Made by a program: the position numbers and the translations under genes
Notes under the pieces: generated by a model
Seen by the model: the letters and a program-made list of their open reading frames with translations, nothing else
Databases searched by the model: none
What the model was told of the DNA's origin: nothing
DNA from: a candidate division FCPU426 bacterium
Lineage (GTDB): Bacteria; Oederibacteriota; Muellerivitia; Muellerivitales; Muellerivitaceae
Direction: 5' to 3'
NCBI GenBank assembly: GCA_963719085.1
Contig: CAVRAL010000005.1
Location: forward strand, 32,001 to 96,000
Length of the DNA stretch: 64,000 bases
In this document: positions 34,928-45,825 of the stretch, piece after piece
How positions within the stretch are numbered: the stretch's first letter is position 1
Layout of the letters: the number at the start of each line of letters is the position of its first letter

Positions 34928-35782
34928 TTACCTCAGCGACTGTCTGGGGTTTTTAAAGAAAATTTTCGCCAGCGCGTTGACCAGCAAAACCATCAACAAA
35001 AGCACCAACGCCCCGGTCCAGGCCTGATCCTGCCAGTCCTTGAAGGGCGAAATAGCGTAAGTGAACACCTGCACGGTTAGGGAAGCCGTCGGCTCGTCGA
35101 TACTGGAGGCGCGGTACTGGTTGTTGAAGGCGGTAAACAACAAAGGCGCCGTTTCCCCGGCGATACGGGACAAGGATAGCAAAACCCCGGTCAAGATGCC
35201 GTTCTTGGCGGTGCGGATGACAATTTGAAGGATGGTTTTCCATTGGGGGATTCCCAAGGCCCAGGAAGCTTCCCGGATGGAGTGCGGGACCAATTTCACC
35301 AATTCTTCGGTGGTTCGGGTCACGATCGGGATCATCATAAAGCCCAGCGCGCAGCCCCCCGCGATGGCCGAGAAATGCCCCATGCTCCGCACGATCAACT
35401 GATAAGCCACGATGCCCGTCACGATGGAAGGAACCCCCGACAGCACGTCCGACGTAAAACGCACGGCCCAGGCGAACTGGTTCTTTTTGCCGTATTCGGC
35501 CAAGTAGACTCCCGAGAAAATACCGATCGGCAAGCCCACGCAGGAAGCGATCAAAACCAAAGTCATGGTTCCCACGATGGCGTTGCTCATTCCGCCGCCC
35601 GGAACCCCGACCGGCGTCGGCAGGTGGGTGAAAAAAGTCCAATCCAACCGATGGATGCCCTGAAACACCACGTAAATAATCAGGCTGACCAAGGGAATCA
35701 TGACTAGAAACGAGGCGATCCCGCACAGGAAAACCATCAATCGGTCAATGAACTTCCGACGGGTTTGAAAATCAAAATTCAT
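34928..35782 (-). CDS. pstA: Phosphate ABC transporter permease
   Basis: GVPSIV, RIAGETAPLL. Confidence 0.95.
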   Translation of the reverse strand: MNFDFQTRRKFIDRLMVFLCGIASFLVMIPLVSLIIYVVFQGIHRLDWTFFTHLPTPVGVPGGGMSNAIVGTMTLVLIASCVGLPIGIFSGVYLAEYGKKNQFAWAVRFTSDVLSGVPSIVTGIVAYQLIVRSMGHFSAIAGGCALGFMMIPIVTRTTEELVKLVPHSIREASWALGIPQWKTILQIVIRTAKNGILTGVLLSLSRIAGETAPLLFTAFNNQYRASSIDEPTASLTVQVFTYAISPFKDWQDQAWTGALVLLLMVLLVNALAKIFFKNPRQSLR

Positions 35783-35785
35783 AAG

Positions 35786-36769
35786 TTATCCCTTCCCGTG
35801 GCTGAATTGCTTGGTGGTGGCCCAAACTAAAAGGTTGGCGATAACATTTAAAACCAGGGTAATCACCATCAACAAAAGCCCGATTTCGGCCAAGGCCGAG
35901 AGATAAAGGTCGCTATTGGCCTCCGAAAATTCATTGGCGATCACGCTGGCCATACTATGGGAAGGGGCCAAAAGATTCATCGAAACTAAGGGCGTATTAC
36001 CGATTACCATGGTGACCGCCATGGTCTCGCCTAAAGCGCGTCCTAAAGCCAGCATGATGGCCCCCAACACCCCCACTTTCGAGGGCTTCAAAACCGCCAG
36101 CGCCATGGTTTCCCAACTGGTGGCGCCAAGCGCCCGGGCCGCTTCCCGGTAAGGATTCGGAACCGCCTCAAACACCTCCCGGCTGATGGCCGTGATGGTC
36201 GGCAAAATCATGATCGCGAGAATCACACCCGCGGTCAAAAGCGAAAGCCCCGTCGAGGGTCCTTTAAAAAAAGGTCCGCCGATGACCTTGGCTAAAAACG
36301 GATCCACATAAACCCGCATAAAAGGCGCCAGCATGAAAATACCCCACAAACCATAAACCACCGAAGGAATCGCGGCGAGGATTTCAATGATGAAAGCCAC
36401 CGGATCTCGAAGCTTTAAGGGAGCCAATTCGGTTAAAAAGAGCGAGATGCCCAATCCCAAGGGGGTCGCGATCAATAAAGCCAAGAAGGAAGACGCCAGG
36501 GTTCCGTAAACAAAGGAAACCGACCCGAAAACCTGATTAACCGGATCCCAATCCTGTGTCTGGAGAAACTTCCAACCCATTGTATGAATGGAAAGCGAGG
36601 CGGCTTTCCACAAGGTAAAGGCGGTCAAAAAGGCCAGGAACAAGATCAAAAACGCGAAAAAAGCGGTCATGCCGTGGAAAAGTTTGTCGCCCAAAGCGGA
36701 CTTCGTTAGGCCAAATAAAGTAAAAGGCTTTACGGGCTGCTCAGGCGCGGATTCGGAAGAGTAACTCAC
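35786..36769 (-). CDS. pstC: Phosphate ABC transporter permease
   Basis: AIPSVVYGLWG, GRALGETMAV. Confidence 0.95.
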   Translation of the reverse strand: MSYSSESAPEQPVKPFTLFGLTKSALGDKLFHGMTAFFAFLILFLAFLTAFTLWKAASLSIHTMGWKFLQTQDWDPVNQVFGSVSFVYGTLASSFLALLIATPLGLGISLFLTELAPLKLRDPVAFIIEILAAIPSVVYGLWGIFMLAPFMRVYVDPFLAKVIGGPFFKGPSTGLSLLTAGVILAIMILPTITAISREVFEAVPNPYREAARALGATSWETMALAVLKPSKVGVLGAIMLALGRALGETMAVTMVIGNTPLVSMNLLAPSHSMASVIANEFSEANSDLYLSALAEIGLLLMVITLVLNVIANLLVWATTKQFSHGKG

Positions 36770-36893
36770 CTAGGGTCTCGCTTTCACGGCTTCAGCTTTT
36801 AAGGATCAAAATCAGAAAGACGGACTCACCAAACACTTCGAGTCAATCCGTCTTCCTGATTCAACCTTGCTTCCCAACTACTTTTAAAAAAAA

Positions 36894-37041
36894 ACGGAAT
36901 TATTCACTTCACAACGCAAACCCTATTGAAACATTGATGGAGGCTGATGATGCCGATTTTTGGCACAAATATCAGTCTTCATCGGCATTTATCGTTGTTT
37001 CAAAAGCCGGTCACCGCTCTCTTTGTCAAAGGCATTGTTCC
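36894..37041. repeat. Outer unit containing an empty GAT-decamer palindrome (36926-37003), between pstS and pstC
   Basis: Homolog of 30971-31120. Confidence 0.82.
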
Positions 37042-37092
37042 ATAAAAAAATAAAGAAGAGCGGGCTCATCGCCCGCTCCCCGGTTTACAACC

Positions 37093-38115
37093 TTAGTACT
37101 TAATTTGCGAAATCTTGTCCTGCACCTTGGCGATCAAAGAATCCGGCAAAGGAGCGTAGTACAAATCCTTCACTTCGGATTCCCCGGCGCTCAAATACCA
37201 GGTCAAGAAATCAACGATGGCCTTGCCCGTAGCGTGGTCGCTATAGTTGCGATAAACCAGCAACCAAGTGAACCCGCAGATCGGGTAGGAATCGGCTCCC
37301 GCCGCGTTGGTGATCATCACGCGGAAATCGGACGGCATGTGCTTCAAGGCGCCGGCGGCCGCCGCGGTGGTTGACTCAATGGTCGGCTCCACGAAATTAC
37401 CCGACTTGTTCTTGACCAAAGCGTAGGTCAAGTTGTTCTTGATCGCGTAAGCCAATTCGACGTAACCGATGGTTCCCGGAATCTGGGAGATCAAACCGGC
37501 CACTCCCTCGTTACCCTTACCACCCACGCCGACCGGCCACTTCACGGAAGTGCCAAAACCCACCGACCCGGCCCATTTGGTGCTGACCTTGGTCAAGTAG
37601 TTCGTGAAGATGTTGGAGGTTCCGCTTCCATCGGAGCGGTGCGCCACCGTGATGTCCAAGCTGGGCAAAGTCACGCCCGGGTTCTCATCGGCGATCTCAG
37701 CGTCATTCCACTTGGTCACGACGCCCATATAGATGTCCGCGATCGCGGCGGGAGTCAGCTTCAGCTTTGTCGTCACGCCCGGCACGTTGTAGGCCAAAGC
37801 CACGGCCCCGGCCACGGTCGGGAAATGCAACACGCCCGCGCTGATCTTGGAGATCTGGTCGTCGGTCATCGGAGCGTCGGAGGCGCCGAAATTAACGGTG
37901 CCCGCCGTCAGCTGTTGGATGCCGCCGCCCGAACCGATCGACTGGTAGTTGATCTGAACCCCGGTCTTTTGGTTGTACTCATAGAACCACTTCGAATAGA
38001 TCGGATAAGGGAAAGTCGCGCCCGCCCCGTTCACGGTCAAGGCTTGGACCACTTGGGCTCCGGAGAGCGTCAAGGCGGCCACAGCTCCTAACATGATTTT
38101 TTTCAAATTTTTCAT
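37093..38115 (-). CDS. pstS: Phosphate-binding protein
   Basis: Signal peptide, GAGATFP, GSGGG, RSDGSGT. Confidence 0.97.
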   Translation of the reverse strand: MKNLKKIMLGAVAALTLSGAQVVQALTVNGAGATFPYPIYSKWFYEYNQKTGVQINYQSIGSGGGIQQLTAGTVNFGASDAPMTDDQISKISAGVLHFPTVAGAVALAYNVPGVTTKLKLTPAAIADIYMGVVTKWNDAEIADENPGVTLPSLDITVAHRSDGSGTSNIFTNYLTKVSTKWAGSVGFGTSVKWPVGVGGKGNEGVAGLISQIPGTIGYVELAYAIKNNLTYALVKNKSGNFVEPTIESTTAAAAGALKHMPSDFRVMITNAAGADSYPICGFTWLLVYRNYSDHATGKAIVDFLTWYLSAGESEVKDLYYAPLPDSLIAKVQDKISQIKY

Positions 38116-38168
38116 CGATATTCCTCGCTTTTGGTTTGTAGATTCTAGGTTTTAGAATCCAACTTCAA

Positions 38169-38185
38169 TGTTACATAATTGTTAA
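38169..38185 (-). promoter_or_regulatory. Putative Pho box upstream of pstS
   Basis: TTAACA-N5-GTAACA. Confidence 0.65.
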
Positions 38186-38271
38186 TTAAAGCCCTCCCTC
38201 AACCGAAGGAGGAGGAGGCCCGTTCCGCCCCTGATGAACGGAACGGCCTCCAAGATTTATCGTTACGTGCC

Positions 38272-39669
38272 TTAGAAACGATACCAAGTAGACAATTGCA
38301 CCCGATGATCAATCGCCGTGGCGCCCGACAAATAATGATCATCAAATCGGGAATATTCGACACCGGCACGGACATTATTCGTAAAGTCCTGCACCACGTT
38401 GAAGAATACACCGTTCACATCATCGCAAGTCCCACCGAGGAGGGCGACATTCTGTCCGAATGTTTCGCCGTATCCCAACGTCATATAAGTCCCAATGGAT
38501 TGCGGCAAATGGAACTGTAATTGAGCGTTCCAGCTTTGGTCATCAACCAACGTGAAAGTCGTGCCATTAAAAGCGGCAATACCCGCGTCAATCGTCGGCG
38601 CCGGTGGCGCCGCCACTCCGCCGCCATTCCATCCATTCAAAGCGTCCGCAACACCCTGGCCGATCATCCATTCCCCGGTCAAAATCAGGGTCGAATTATC
38701 GGTCTGGGACGTACCCATCAAAACGGGAATCTGGGTGTCCACAGCCACACCTTGTCCCGTGGTGTCTTTATAATTCGTCAAGCCGACCGGCAAATAAGCG
38801 TAATTGCGCAAAGTGCCCGAAATGCCCACGCTGAAAGGCACCAGTTTCGAGGCCCCGGTCGCGTAGGCGAATTGGGCTTTCCAATCGTTAAAGATAAAGC
38901 GAACGCCACCATTAAAATTCGGGATCATCGAGAAAGCCTGTTCCGGGCGTTCCGCGTCGACCGCGATTTGAACCTGGACATTGGAGCCGATAGTCTTCAT
39001 CACACCGATTCGCGGGGTCCTTTCATACAAAGTTCCCATGATCGGGGACACATCCAAAGTGGCCAAGACGTTATCCATGTTCCAACCAAAGAGAGTCCAG
39101 TACTGTCCAGCCATAATGTCCCACCCATCCTTTTGGGCGTCCAAATAAGCGTGCCGGATGCGGAAAGTAGGCTGGGTGTATTCTTTGTTTTCATTGCCGC
39201 CAACGGCCGTATTCGCGCTACCGCTCGTAACCGCCGCGCCGTTCAATCCGTTGGTAATACCCAAAAAGTCCGCTTCCAAGTAACCCTTGGTCACCCAACC
39301 ATCAATCGTCTGTTGGGCTAAAGCCGACAACCGGCTATTGCGGGGCGAGAACTGGGCTTGTCCATTTCGCTGGGCAACCGAACCGGATTTCGGAATTTGG
39401 GCGTTATCACCTATCGTTTCCGTCCCTAAACCCATTTGGGTGTCGTCAAAAATAGCGTCCAATTCCGCGAATCCATGTATTTCAACTTTCGGCGCATTTT
39501 CCATCGCCGAAACCCGGCTTGAAAGGCTTCCCAAGGCCGAATTTAAATCGTCCTGCATCTGCGACATATCATCGCTGCTTGACTGCGTGTCATCCTTGGC
39601 GATTGCGGGCGCGGTTAAAACCGCCAGGGACCCGGCCGCCAAAAACATCCATAACCAAAGCCGTTTCAT
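38272..39669 (-). CDS. Outer-membrane porin, likely phosphate-starvation induced
   Basis: Signal peptide, short coiled coil, GYLEADF / RIRHAY / GQYW beta-barrel motifs, C-terminal YRF. Confidence 0.75.
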   Translation of the reverse strand: MKRLWLWMFLAAGSLAVLTAPAIAKDDTQSSSDDMSQMQDDLNSALGSLSSRVSAMENAPKVEIHGFAELDAIFDDTQMGLGTETIGDNAQIPKSGSVAQRNGQAQFSPRNSRLSALAQQTIDGWVTKGYLEADFLGITNGLNGAAVTSGSANTAVGGNENKEYTQPTFRIRHAYLDAQKDGWDIMAGQYWTLFGWNMDNVLATLDVSPIMGTLYERTPRIGVMKTIGSNVQVQIAVDAERPEQAFSMIPNFNGGVRFIFNDWKAQFAYATGASKLVPFSVGISGTLRNYAYLPVGLTNYKDTTGQGVAVDTQIPVLMGTSQTDNSTLILTGEWMIGQGVADALNGWNGGGVAAPPAPTIDAGIAAFNGTTFTLVDDQSWNAQLQFHLPQSIGTYMTLGYGETFGQNVALLGGTCDDVNGVFFNVVQDFTNNVRAGVEYSRFDDHYLSGATAIDHRVQLSTWYRF

Positions 39670-39794
39670 ATTCGCTCCTTTGAATTTTAAATTCCTTTAC
39701 TTCTTCTCCGGCACCACTCGGCGCGAACGCGCCTTTGACTGCCGGTCAGGAAGCAAAGGATGCGCGGAACTATAGAGGGAAGCCGCTGTCCGAC

Positions 39795-39822
39795 TGTTGC
39801 AGGATTGTTAAATCAAGGTAAA
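39795..39822 (-). promoter_or_regulatory. Putative triple Pho box upstream of the porin
   Basis: TTTACC-N5-TTAACA-N5-GCAACA. Confidence 0.6.
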
Positions 39823-39948
39823 CTTTGCCCGTTTCGTGTCAAGCATACGAGTAGCGGTAAAATTCAATTCCGTTTTAACCGCGATTGAACTGGAAGGATT
39901 AAAACAGCTGAACCAAAAATGGTTCCACCTAAAAGGCGAAACCTCATT

Positions 39949-40242
39949 TCAATTACAGCTAAAACCAGCTGTACCAAACTGTTGGGAAATAAGGCTTTCG
40001 ATCATCTCCAGAACGACTCGCGGCGCCCGGTCCGGAATGGTGATCTGGAGTTCCATGATTTCACCCAAAGCCACCGGCCAAAAATTCATTTCAAGCGGAT
40101 AGTTTCGCTTCCGGCTCTTTTCCACGACCTTAATACGGCATTGAAGGAATTCGGAAAGTTTTGAAATCTCCATGAAAAATGAGGCCAGCACATGGGGTTT
40201 ATTGCAAACAATAATTTTATAGATTGTCGATTCGGACTCCAC
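39949..40242 (-). CDS. Small hypothetical protein
   Basis: GTG start after a G-rich RBS directly downstream of the tolC-like gene. Confidence 0.45.
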   Translation of the reverse strand: MESESTIYKIIVCNKPHVLASFFMEISKLSEFLQCRIKVVEKSRKRNYPLEMNFWPVALGEIMELQITIPDRAPRVVLEMIESLISQQFGTAGFSCN

Positions 40243-40253
40243 CGAGCCCCCCC

Positions 40254-41555
40254 TTAAGGAAGGGCGGCAACAGTGCCGCCATTTACAAGATATTGATTTC
40301 CCTCCGCCAACCAAAGCCGCGTCTTGACTTCCGCCAGCTGAACATCCACGTCGACCTTGTCTTTCAAAGCTTGTTGTAAATCCGAGAGCGGCCCCAAGAA
40401 ACTCAAATAGCGCTGTTTCGCCAAATCCGCCGCCCGATCAGCGTTTCCCTGTTCCTCTAAAAGTGTTTTCAATTCCACTTGAAACTGCTGGATGGACTCG
40501 CTGTAACCTATATTCAAATCATCCAAGTCCAATTGGGCCGCCGCCACATCCGAGTCCCGGGCTTGGGCCTCGGCTTCGGCGCCTTTTTCTTCGGCGTCGA
40601 TCCGAAAACCCTCGAAAATCGGAAGGGTCACTCCCACGAAAACCGAATAGTCCTGGGAAGGTTCCAAACGCGTCTCGTCCATGAATCCCGCGCTTCCGGC
40701 CACTTCCAGTTTCGGTAGATTCTCCATTGAGTATTTGGAAACAACTGCGCGGGCGGTTTTGGCCTCCAACTTCGTCAAGGAAATGAGGGGGCTAGCGCCC
40801 AGATTTTGAATTGAGCCTAGTTCCTCGCCCGCGAATTGCGTCGGGGAAGGACAGGAAAAACTTTTATCTGCCAATCCGGTCAAAAGGGCGATTCGGGCTA
40901 ATCCCGCCTGATATTGGCGGTCATAATCGTCCACCTGCAATAATGCTTCCGAAAGCTGGTCTTGAATTAACAATCCTTGAACCTCGGAATATTGGCCATT
41001 CCGGACAAAACGCCTAACCGTATTTTGAATTTCAGTCAATTCATCGGCCAGACTCTGCCAAGCGTCCCGGTTACCCCGCAGAAGGACCGTTCCCAAATAT
41101 ATCTCCAGCGCTTTCTGGTCCACCAATGACGTTTGTAATTTGGTCTTTTCCCGGATAGCGTCAACTTCATCATGGGCTGCCGCGGACCGACTCCACTGAG
41201 AAAGGTCAAGCAGATCCCATTTAATAAAGGCGTCGGCGGCCGCTCCCTTTCGATAGGGGGAAGCCACCAATCCGGAAAACCCATCCAATCCCGAAGCAGA
41301 GCCCGGAAAACCTGAACTGTCCACGGCACTAGCGTCCAAGGTTGGAAAAAAACCGGAATCTTCGGCGCGCGCGGATTGGTTAACTTCTTCTTCCCGGTAA
41401 TTTTCCGCCTTTAAGGAAGGGCTGTTTTGCTCCGTCAAACTTAAAAATTGTTTCAATCCCAGCTCCTCGTTTTGGGACCATCCTTTCCCAGAGCAAACCA
41501 ATATCCATCCTCCGAAAAGAACAATCGACCACTTGAATCCTGATTTATTTTTCAT
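40254..41555 (-). CDS. TolC family outer-membrane factor
   Basis: Signal peptide, two OEP-like repeats (FFPTLD, NLPKLE, LPIFEG). Confidence 0.85.
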   Translation of the reverse strand: MKNKSGFKWSIVLFGGWILVCSGKGWSQNEELGLKQFLSLTEQNSPSLKAENYREEEVNQSARAEDSGFFPTLDASAVDSSGFPGSASGLDGFSGLVASPYRKGAAADAFIKWDLLDLSQWSRSAAAHDEVDAIREKTKLQTSLVDQKALEIYLGTVLLRGNRDAWQSLADELTEIQNTVRRFVRNGQYSEVQGLLIQDQLSEALLQVDDYDRQYQAGLARIALLTGLADKSFSCPSPTQFAGEELGSIQNLGASPLISLTKLEAKTARAVVSKYSMENLPKLEVAGSAGFMDETRLEPSQDYSVFVGVTLPIFEGFRIDAEEKGAEAEAQARDSDVAAAQLDLDDLNIGYSESIQQFQVELKTLLEEQGNADRAADLAKQRYLSFLGPLSDLQQALKDKVDVDVQLAEVKTRLWLAEGNQYLVNGGTVAALP

Positions 41556-44500
41556 TTTTTCCCCTTCTCGTGGAATGCGCTGTGAGGATCCAAGGGATCC
41601 AAGGAAGCCGTATAAGTCGGTTTATCCCGGTGCACAATGGCGTAAATGACCGGCATGATCAAAAGTGTAGTGCAGGTGGAGCCCATCAACCCTCCGATCA
41701 CGGCCCTAGCCAGGGGGGCGGTTTGTTGTCCGCTATCGCTCAAACCCAACGCCATGGGAATCATTCCCACGATCATGGCAATGGCGGTCATCAGGACCGG
41801 CCTTAAACGGCTTTGCGCTCCGTAGACCGCCGATTCCCAAGAATGCTTTCCAGCCCGTCGGGTCAAATCCGCGAAAGTGACCAAGAGAATGGAGTTGGCC
41901 ACGGAAACACCCACGGACATGATGATGCCCATGAAGGATTCGATATTGAGCGTGGAACCTGTAAAAAAAAGGAGAATCAGGGCCCCCGAAAGCACAGCCG
42001 GGACATTCGAAATAACAATTAAAGCGATGGGAAAGGACTCAAAACTCCCGGCCAACAGCAACAGGATGACCACCACGGAGATGACCAACCCGGATACCAA
42101 CCCATCCGTCATCTGGGATAAAGTAGCGCTTTGTCCCCGAATCCTGACCTTTACCCCTTTTGGGAGATTTTTGAGAATCGGTTCCAAAATTTTTTGCACT
42201 TTTTCAGAAGCGTGGCCCAAATCCAATCCAAATAAATTGGCTGTGACGGACACCATACGGGCCAAGTTGTAACGGTCATATTCAGCCACCTGGATTCCCG
42301 GCTCAATATCGGCGAAAGTTTTCAACGGAAGCGCTCCACCGTTCACAGCGATGGGGATATCCTTCAAATCGTCCACTGTTTGGACATCCTCCGGTGGAAC
42401 TTCCACCTGCACCTGGTAGTTCACCCCATCCTTTGGATCCTCCCAATAATTGGGCAATGTAAAACGGCTGGAAGAGGTCACGGGGATCAACGACCTGCCG
42501 ATATCGGTCACATGCACCCCCCGCAACCCCGCCTTTTCCCGGTCCACATTCACTTTCAAGTTGGGATAATCGAAAGGTTCCCCGAATCCCAAGTCCCTGA
42601 TCGCCGGCAGGGCCGCCAAGGCTGTTTTAACCTGAGTGGCAACCTGTCGGTCCTGTTCAAGGTTTTGTCCGTTCACATCCACGTCCAACAAGGTCGGCGC
42701 CCCGGCGCTCATGACCTTGTCCACTAAACCACTGGCCTCAAAAGAAATTTCCACACCCGGCAGTTCCTTTTGGAAAACCGACCGTAACTGCTCTTTTAGC
42801 AAAGCGGTTGAAACCTTGAAATCTTTCTTGAAAGCTACTTGGAGGACCGCTTCCTGCGGACCCGAAGTCCATAAAAAAATGGTATTAATCGCGTATTGTG
42901 TTGGTTGGGTCCCGACATAGCCCAGTGTGGTGTCCAAACTGTCCGCGCCGGCGGTCCTTTTAATCAATTCAATGGCCTTTAGGAGGACCTGTTCGGTCTG
43001 GTCAATGGGTGTGCCTGTTGGCGCTCGTAGTCGCAGTTGTAATTCGTGGCTTTCCACTTGCGGAAAGATCTCCCGACCGATATGGGTTCCCAGGAATCCA
43101 ATGGCCCCGGCCGCCATAATGGCGTAAGCGGCCAAAAAAACATGTTTGTGTTTATAGATAAACCTCAAAATCCGGCCGTGGATCCGTTTCATTTTTTCCA
43201 AAACCGTTTCCCCTCCGCCTTTGTGACCTTGCTCTTTTCTCAAAAACCAAGTCGCCAAGATCGGGACCAAGGTCATGGAAAGAAAAAAAGCCGAAATAAT
43301 GGAAAACCCCACCGACAAGGTTAGAGGCACAAAAAGGGCCTTGGACATCCCCCCCATGAAAAAGGCCGGAATGAAAACCGCCAGGATGCAAAACATCGTT
43401 AAAAGCGCGGGGCTGAAAATCTCGCTGGTGCCGTTAATGGCCGCATCGGCCAAGCTGTCCCCTTTGGCCAGCCGCACATGGATGTTCTCAATGGTGATCG
43501 TACTTTCATCCACCAATATCCCGATAGCGAGCGCCAGCCCGCCCAAGGTCATGATGTTGATCGTTTGATGGGCGATTTTCAGACCCACGATCGCGCCCAT
43601 CAAGGCCAAGGGAATATTGATGATGACGATAACGGCGCTCCTCCAGTCCCCTAGGAAAAGCAGCACCATGAGGCCGGTTAAAAGAGCCCCCATCAGCCCT
43701 TCAAAGGCCAACGAGGTAATGGAATCCTTGACTGCCCCGGATTGATCGAACTCATATTTCACCCGGATATCGTCCGGCAGTACATTTTGGAAGGAACTCA
43801 GATTGTCTTTGACCTCATTCACCACGGTCAAGGTGGAGGCATCGGAGCGTTTGATGACCGGAAGGTAAATGGTCCGTTTGCCGTTCAAGAGCGCGTATCC
43901 CACCTGGATATCAGTGGAGTCCTGGACGGTCGCCACGTCCCCAATCAAGACGGTTGGATAGGTCCCCAACCGGATCGGGACTTTCAACAAATCGTCGATA
44001 TTGGTGACGATCGAATTCATGGGGACAATGGGATATTGGTTCCCGATCTTGATCCTTCCCGAAGGAATGATCTGGTTTGATTTGGCCAAAGCTTCCACCA
44101 CATCCTCAGGTGAAATGTTGTAACGTCCCAACTTCTTGGGATCCACACTGATGACAATGGCGCGGGGACTGGAGCCGAAGGAATCCGAAACCAAAAGTCC
44201 GGGCAGGGTCGCCACCAACGGACGCACGTAGTTCAGGGCGTAGTCCTCCACCTCCCCTAGCCCTCTCGTGTCGCTGGAAAAAACCAAGTCACCGACGGGC
44301 AGGTTTCCGCTGTCAAACCGCATAATCAGGGGCGGAAGAGTCCCCGGCGGCATATTCTTCAAGGCTCGGGTGGAGCGGGACACCACTTCTCCCATCGCGC
44401 TCGACATGTCGGTATCGGGATGAAACTGAAGCTTGATTAAGGTGACTTCTCCGATGCTTTTGGACTCGATATGCTCAATTCCGTTAACATAAGAAAACTG

Positions 44501-44767
44501 TTTCTCAAAGTTATAAGCCACGAAACTTTCCATTTGGCTTGGATCCAAGCCCCCAAATGGTTCCACTACGTAAATACTCGGCGTGCCCAAGCTCGGAAAA
44601 ATATCGAATTGCATGTTTAAAAGATTGTCAATCGCTCCCAAGGCAATAGCGACCGCCAGCACTACAACGGTGATCGGCCGTCGCATAGCCCACTGGACCA
44701 GCCCCACACGGGAGAAACGATCGAGTGATTCACGAACTTTTTCTTTGACGGACATGATTTTCCTCAA
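41552..44767 (-). CDS. RND efflux permease
   Basis: 1071 aa; GILVDES, SRLRPVLMT, APLARAVIGG. Confidence 0.95.
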   Translation of the reverse strand: MRKIMSVKEKVRESLDRFSRVGLVQWAMRRPITVVVLAVAIALGAIDNLLNMQFDIFPSLGTPSIYVVEPFGGLDPSQMESFVAYNFEKQFSYVNGIEHIESKSIGEVTLIKLQFHPDTDMSSAMGEVVSRSTRALKNMPPGTLPPLIMRFDSGNLPVGDLVFSSDTRGLGEVEDYALNYVRPLVATLPGLLVSDSFGSSPRAIVISVDPKKLGRYNISPEDVVEALAKSNQIIPSGRIKIGNQYPIVPMNSIVTNIDDLLKVPIRLGTYPTVLIGDVATVQDSTDIQVGYALLNGKRTIYLPVIKRSDASTLTVVNEVKDNLSSFQNVLPDDIRVKYEFDQSGAVKDSITSLAFEGLMGALLTGLMVLLFLGDWRSAVIVIINIPLALMGAIVGLKIAHQTINIMTLGGLALAIGILVDESTITIENIHVRLAKGDSLADAAINGTSEIFSPALLTMFCILAVFIPAFFMGGMSKALFVPLTLSVGFSIISAFFLSMTLVPILATWFLRKEQGHKGGGETVLEKMKRIHGRILRFIYKHKHVFLAAYAIMAAGAIGFLGTHIGREIFPQVESHELQLRLRAPTGTPIDQTEQVLLKAIELIKRTAGADSLDTTLGYVGTQPTQYAINTIFLWTSGPQEAVLQVAFKKDFKVSTALLKEQLRSVFQKELPGVEISFEASGLVDKVMSAGAPTLLDVDVNGQNLEQDRQVATQVKTALAALPAIRDLGFGEPFDYPNLKVNVDREKAGLRGVHVTDIGRSLIPVTSSSRFTLPNYWEDPKDGVNYQVQVEVPPEDVQTVDDLKDIPIAVNGGALPLKTFADIEPGIQVAEYDRYNLARMVSVTANLFGLDLGHASEKVQKILEPILKNLPKGVKVRIRGQSATLSQMTDGLVSGLVISVVVILLLLAGSFESFPIALIVISNVPAVLSGALILLFFTGSTLNIESFMGIIMSVGVSVANSILLVTFADLTRRAGKHSWESAVYGAQSRLRPVLMTAIAMIVGMIPMALGLSDSGQQTAPLARAVIGGLMGSTCTTLLIMPVIYAIVHRDKPTYTASLDPLDPHSAFHEKGKK

Positions 44768-44970
44768 ATGAACTGAAATAGTTGTGTGCGCTTATTTTCG
44801 GTTAAAGGGATGTGGCATGGATTCGGCGGCCCACGGAGCTAGGCTTTGGCTTTTTTCGGAAAACCACGAATAAGCGGAAACCCCTCCAAGGGCCAAAACG
44901 ATCCCCCATGAATGAAAACAGGATATTTCGCAACACCCGCTTCACTCTTAACGGAATCCCGGGTCCAGCG

Positions 44971-45762
44971 TCACTGAACCTTCGCGATATCCGCAGATGT
45001 TTTATTGTCCGCTTCCGCTTTTTCTTTAGCCGGCATTTCGGCGAGGTTTTTACGCCATTGGGCAAAGGCACCGTTTTTGAAATAGTCATCCGAAACATAA
45101 ATCAAAAAACCGGCAGCCGGCTTCATGGGATCCGAAAGATCCTCATAGTAGCTGTTAGCCTTCACAAAATAGGCTCTCGACCCGGGATCAACCGCATAAC
45201 GCGTATAAAGCAGTTGGAGCATATTCCAGCCATCATCAGCGCTATCGTGATTCAGAAAAGAACGGTAATCAGAGGAATCCAAACGTTTGCGCTTTTCCCC
45301 AATCGCCTTTTGGACTTTATCGCAATCTTTTTCAGCGATGGGTGTCAAAGCCATGCAATATTTTCCGTCGTAAAAAACATAACGGGTGTCGTCATTCCGA
45401 GCTTTGAGCACGGAAAAGTTTCGAGGTCTTGCCGGATCATCCGGTTTCACTTCGTGAAAATCCATCAGCAGATAATCCGCGGCCCTGGCCGCAACCGGAT
45501 CCAAATCTACCGTCGCCGAAAGGCTCTTTTCTTTTCGGGCATCCGCTAAGGAGGTCCCCCAATCCATGCCCAGATAGCCCTTTACCTCCGGAGTCGGATC
45601 GCCGAACGACATCATTGGACCCAAGCTTAAAAAAAGCATGGCTAAAAAAATAAAAAAAGAACTATTGAACAGAAATTTTTTTTTCATTGAAAGGCTCCTT
45701 AAGAAATTGACCCAATCCCGAATCGAACGGGATTTTGGCCTTTTGGTTCCACAAACAAACAA
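44971..45762 (-). CDS. Secreted hypothetical protein (start probably MKKKF)
   Basis: Signal-peptide-like N-terminus followed by GYLGMDWG. Confidence 0.6.
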   Translation of the reverse strand: MFVCGTKRPKSRSIRDWVNFLRSLSMKKKFLFNSSFFIFLAMLFLSLGPMMSFGDPTPEVKGYLGMDWGTSLADARKEKSLSATVDLDPVAARAADYLLMDFHEVKPDDPARPRNFSVLKARNDDTRYVFYDGKYCMALTPIAEKDCDKVQKAIGEKRKRLDSSDYRSFLNHDSADDGWNMLQLLYTRYAVDPGSRAYFVKANSYYEDLSDPMKPAAGFLIYVSDDYFKNGAFAQWRKNLAEMPAKEKAEADNKTSADIAKVQ

Positions 45763-45825
45763 GTCTGTAACCGGGGAAATTAAAACGAACCCCGGTTAAA
45801 GCGCTTCGTTATTTTGCGGAACTTT

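Noticed and set aside
34953..45549. Long alternative-frame or antisense ORFs (34953..35726, 38521..39321, 44812..45549 and similar)
   Set aside because: They overlap better-supported genes, lack motifs, and are expected shadows in GC-rich coding DNA.
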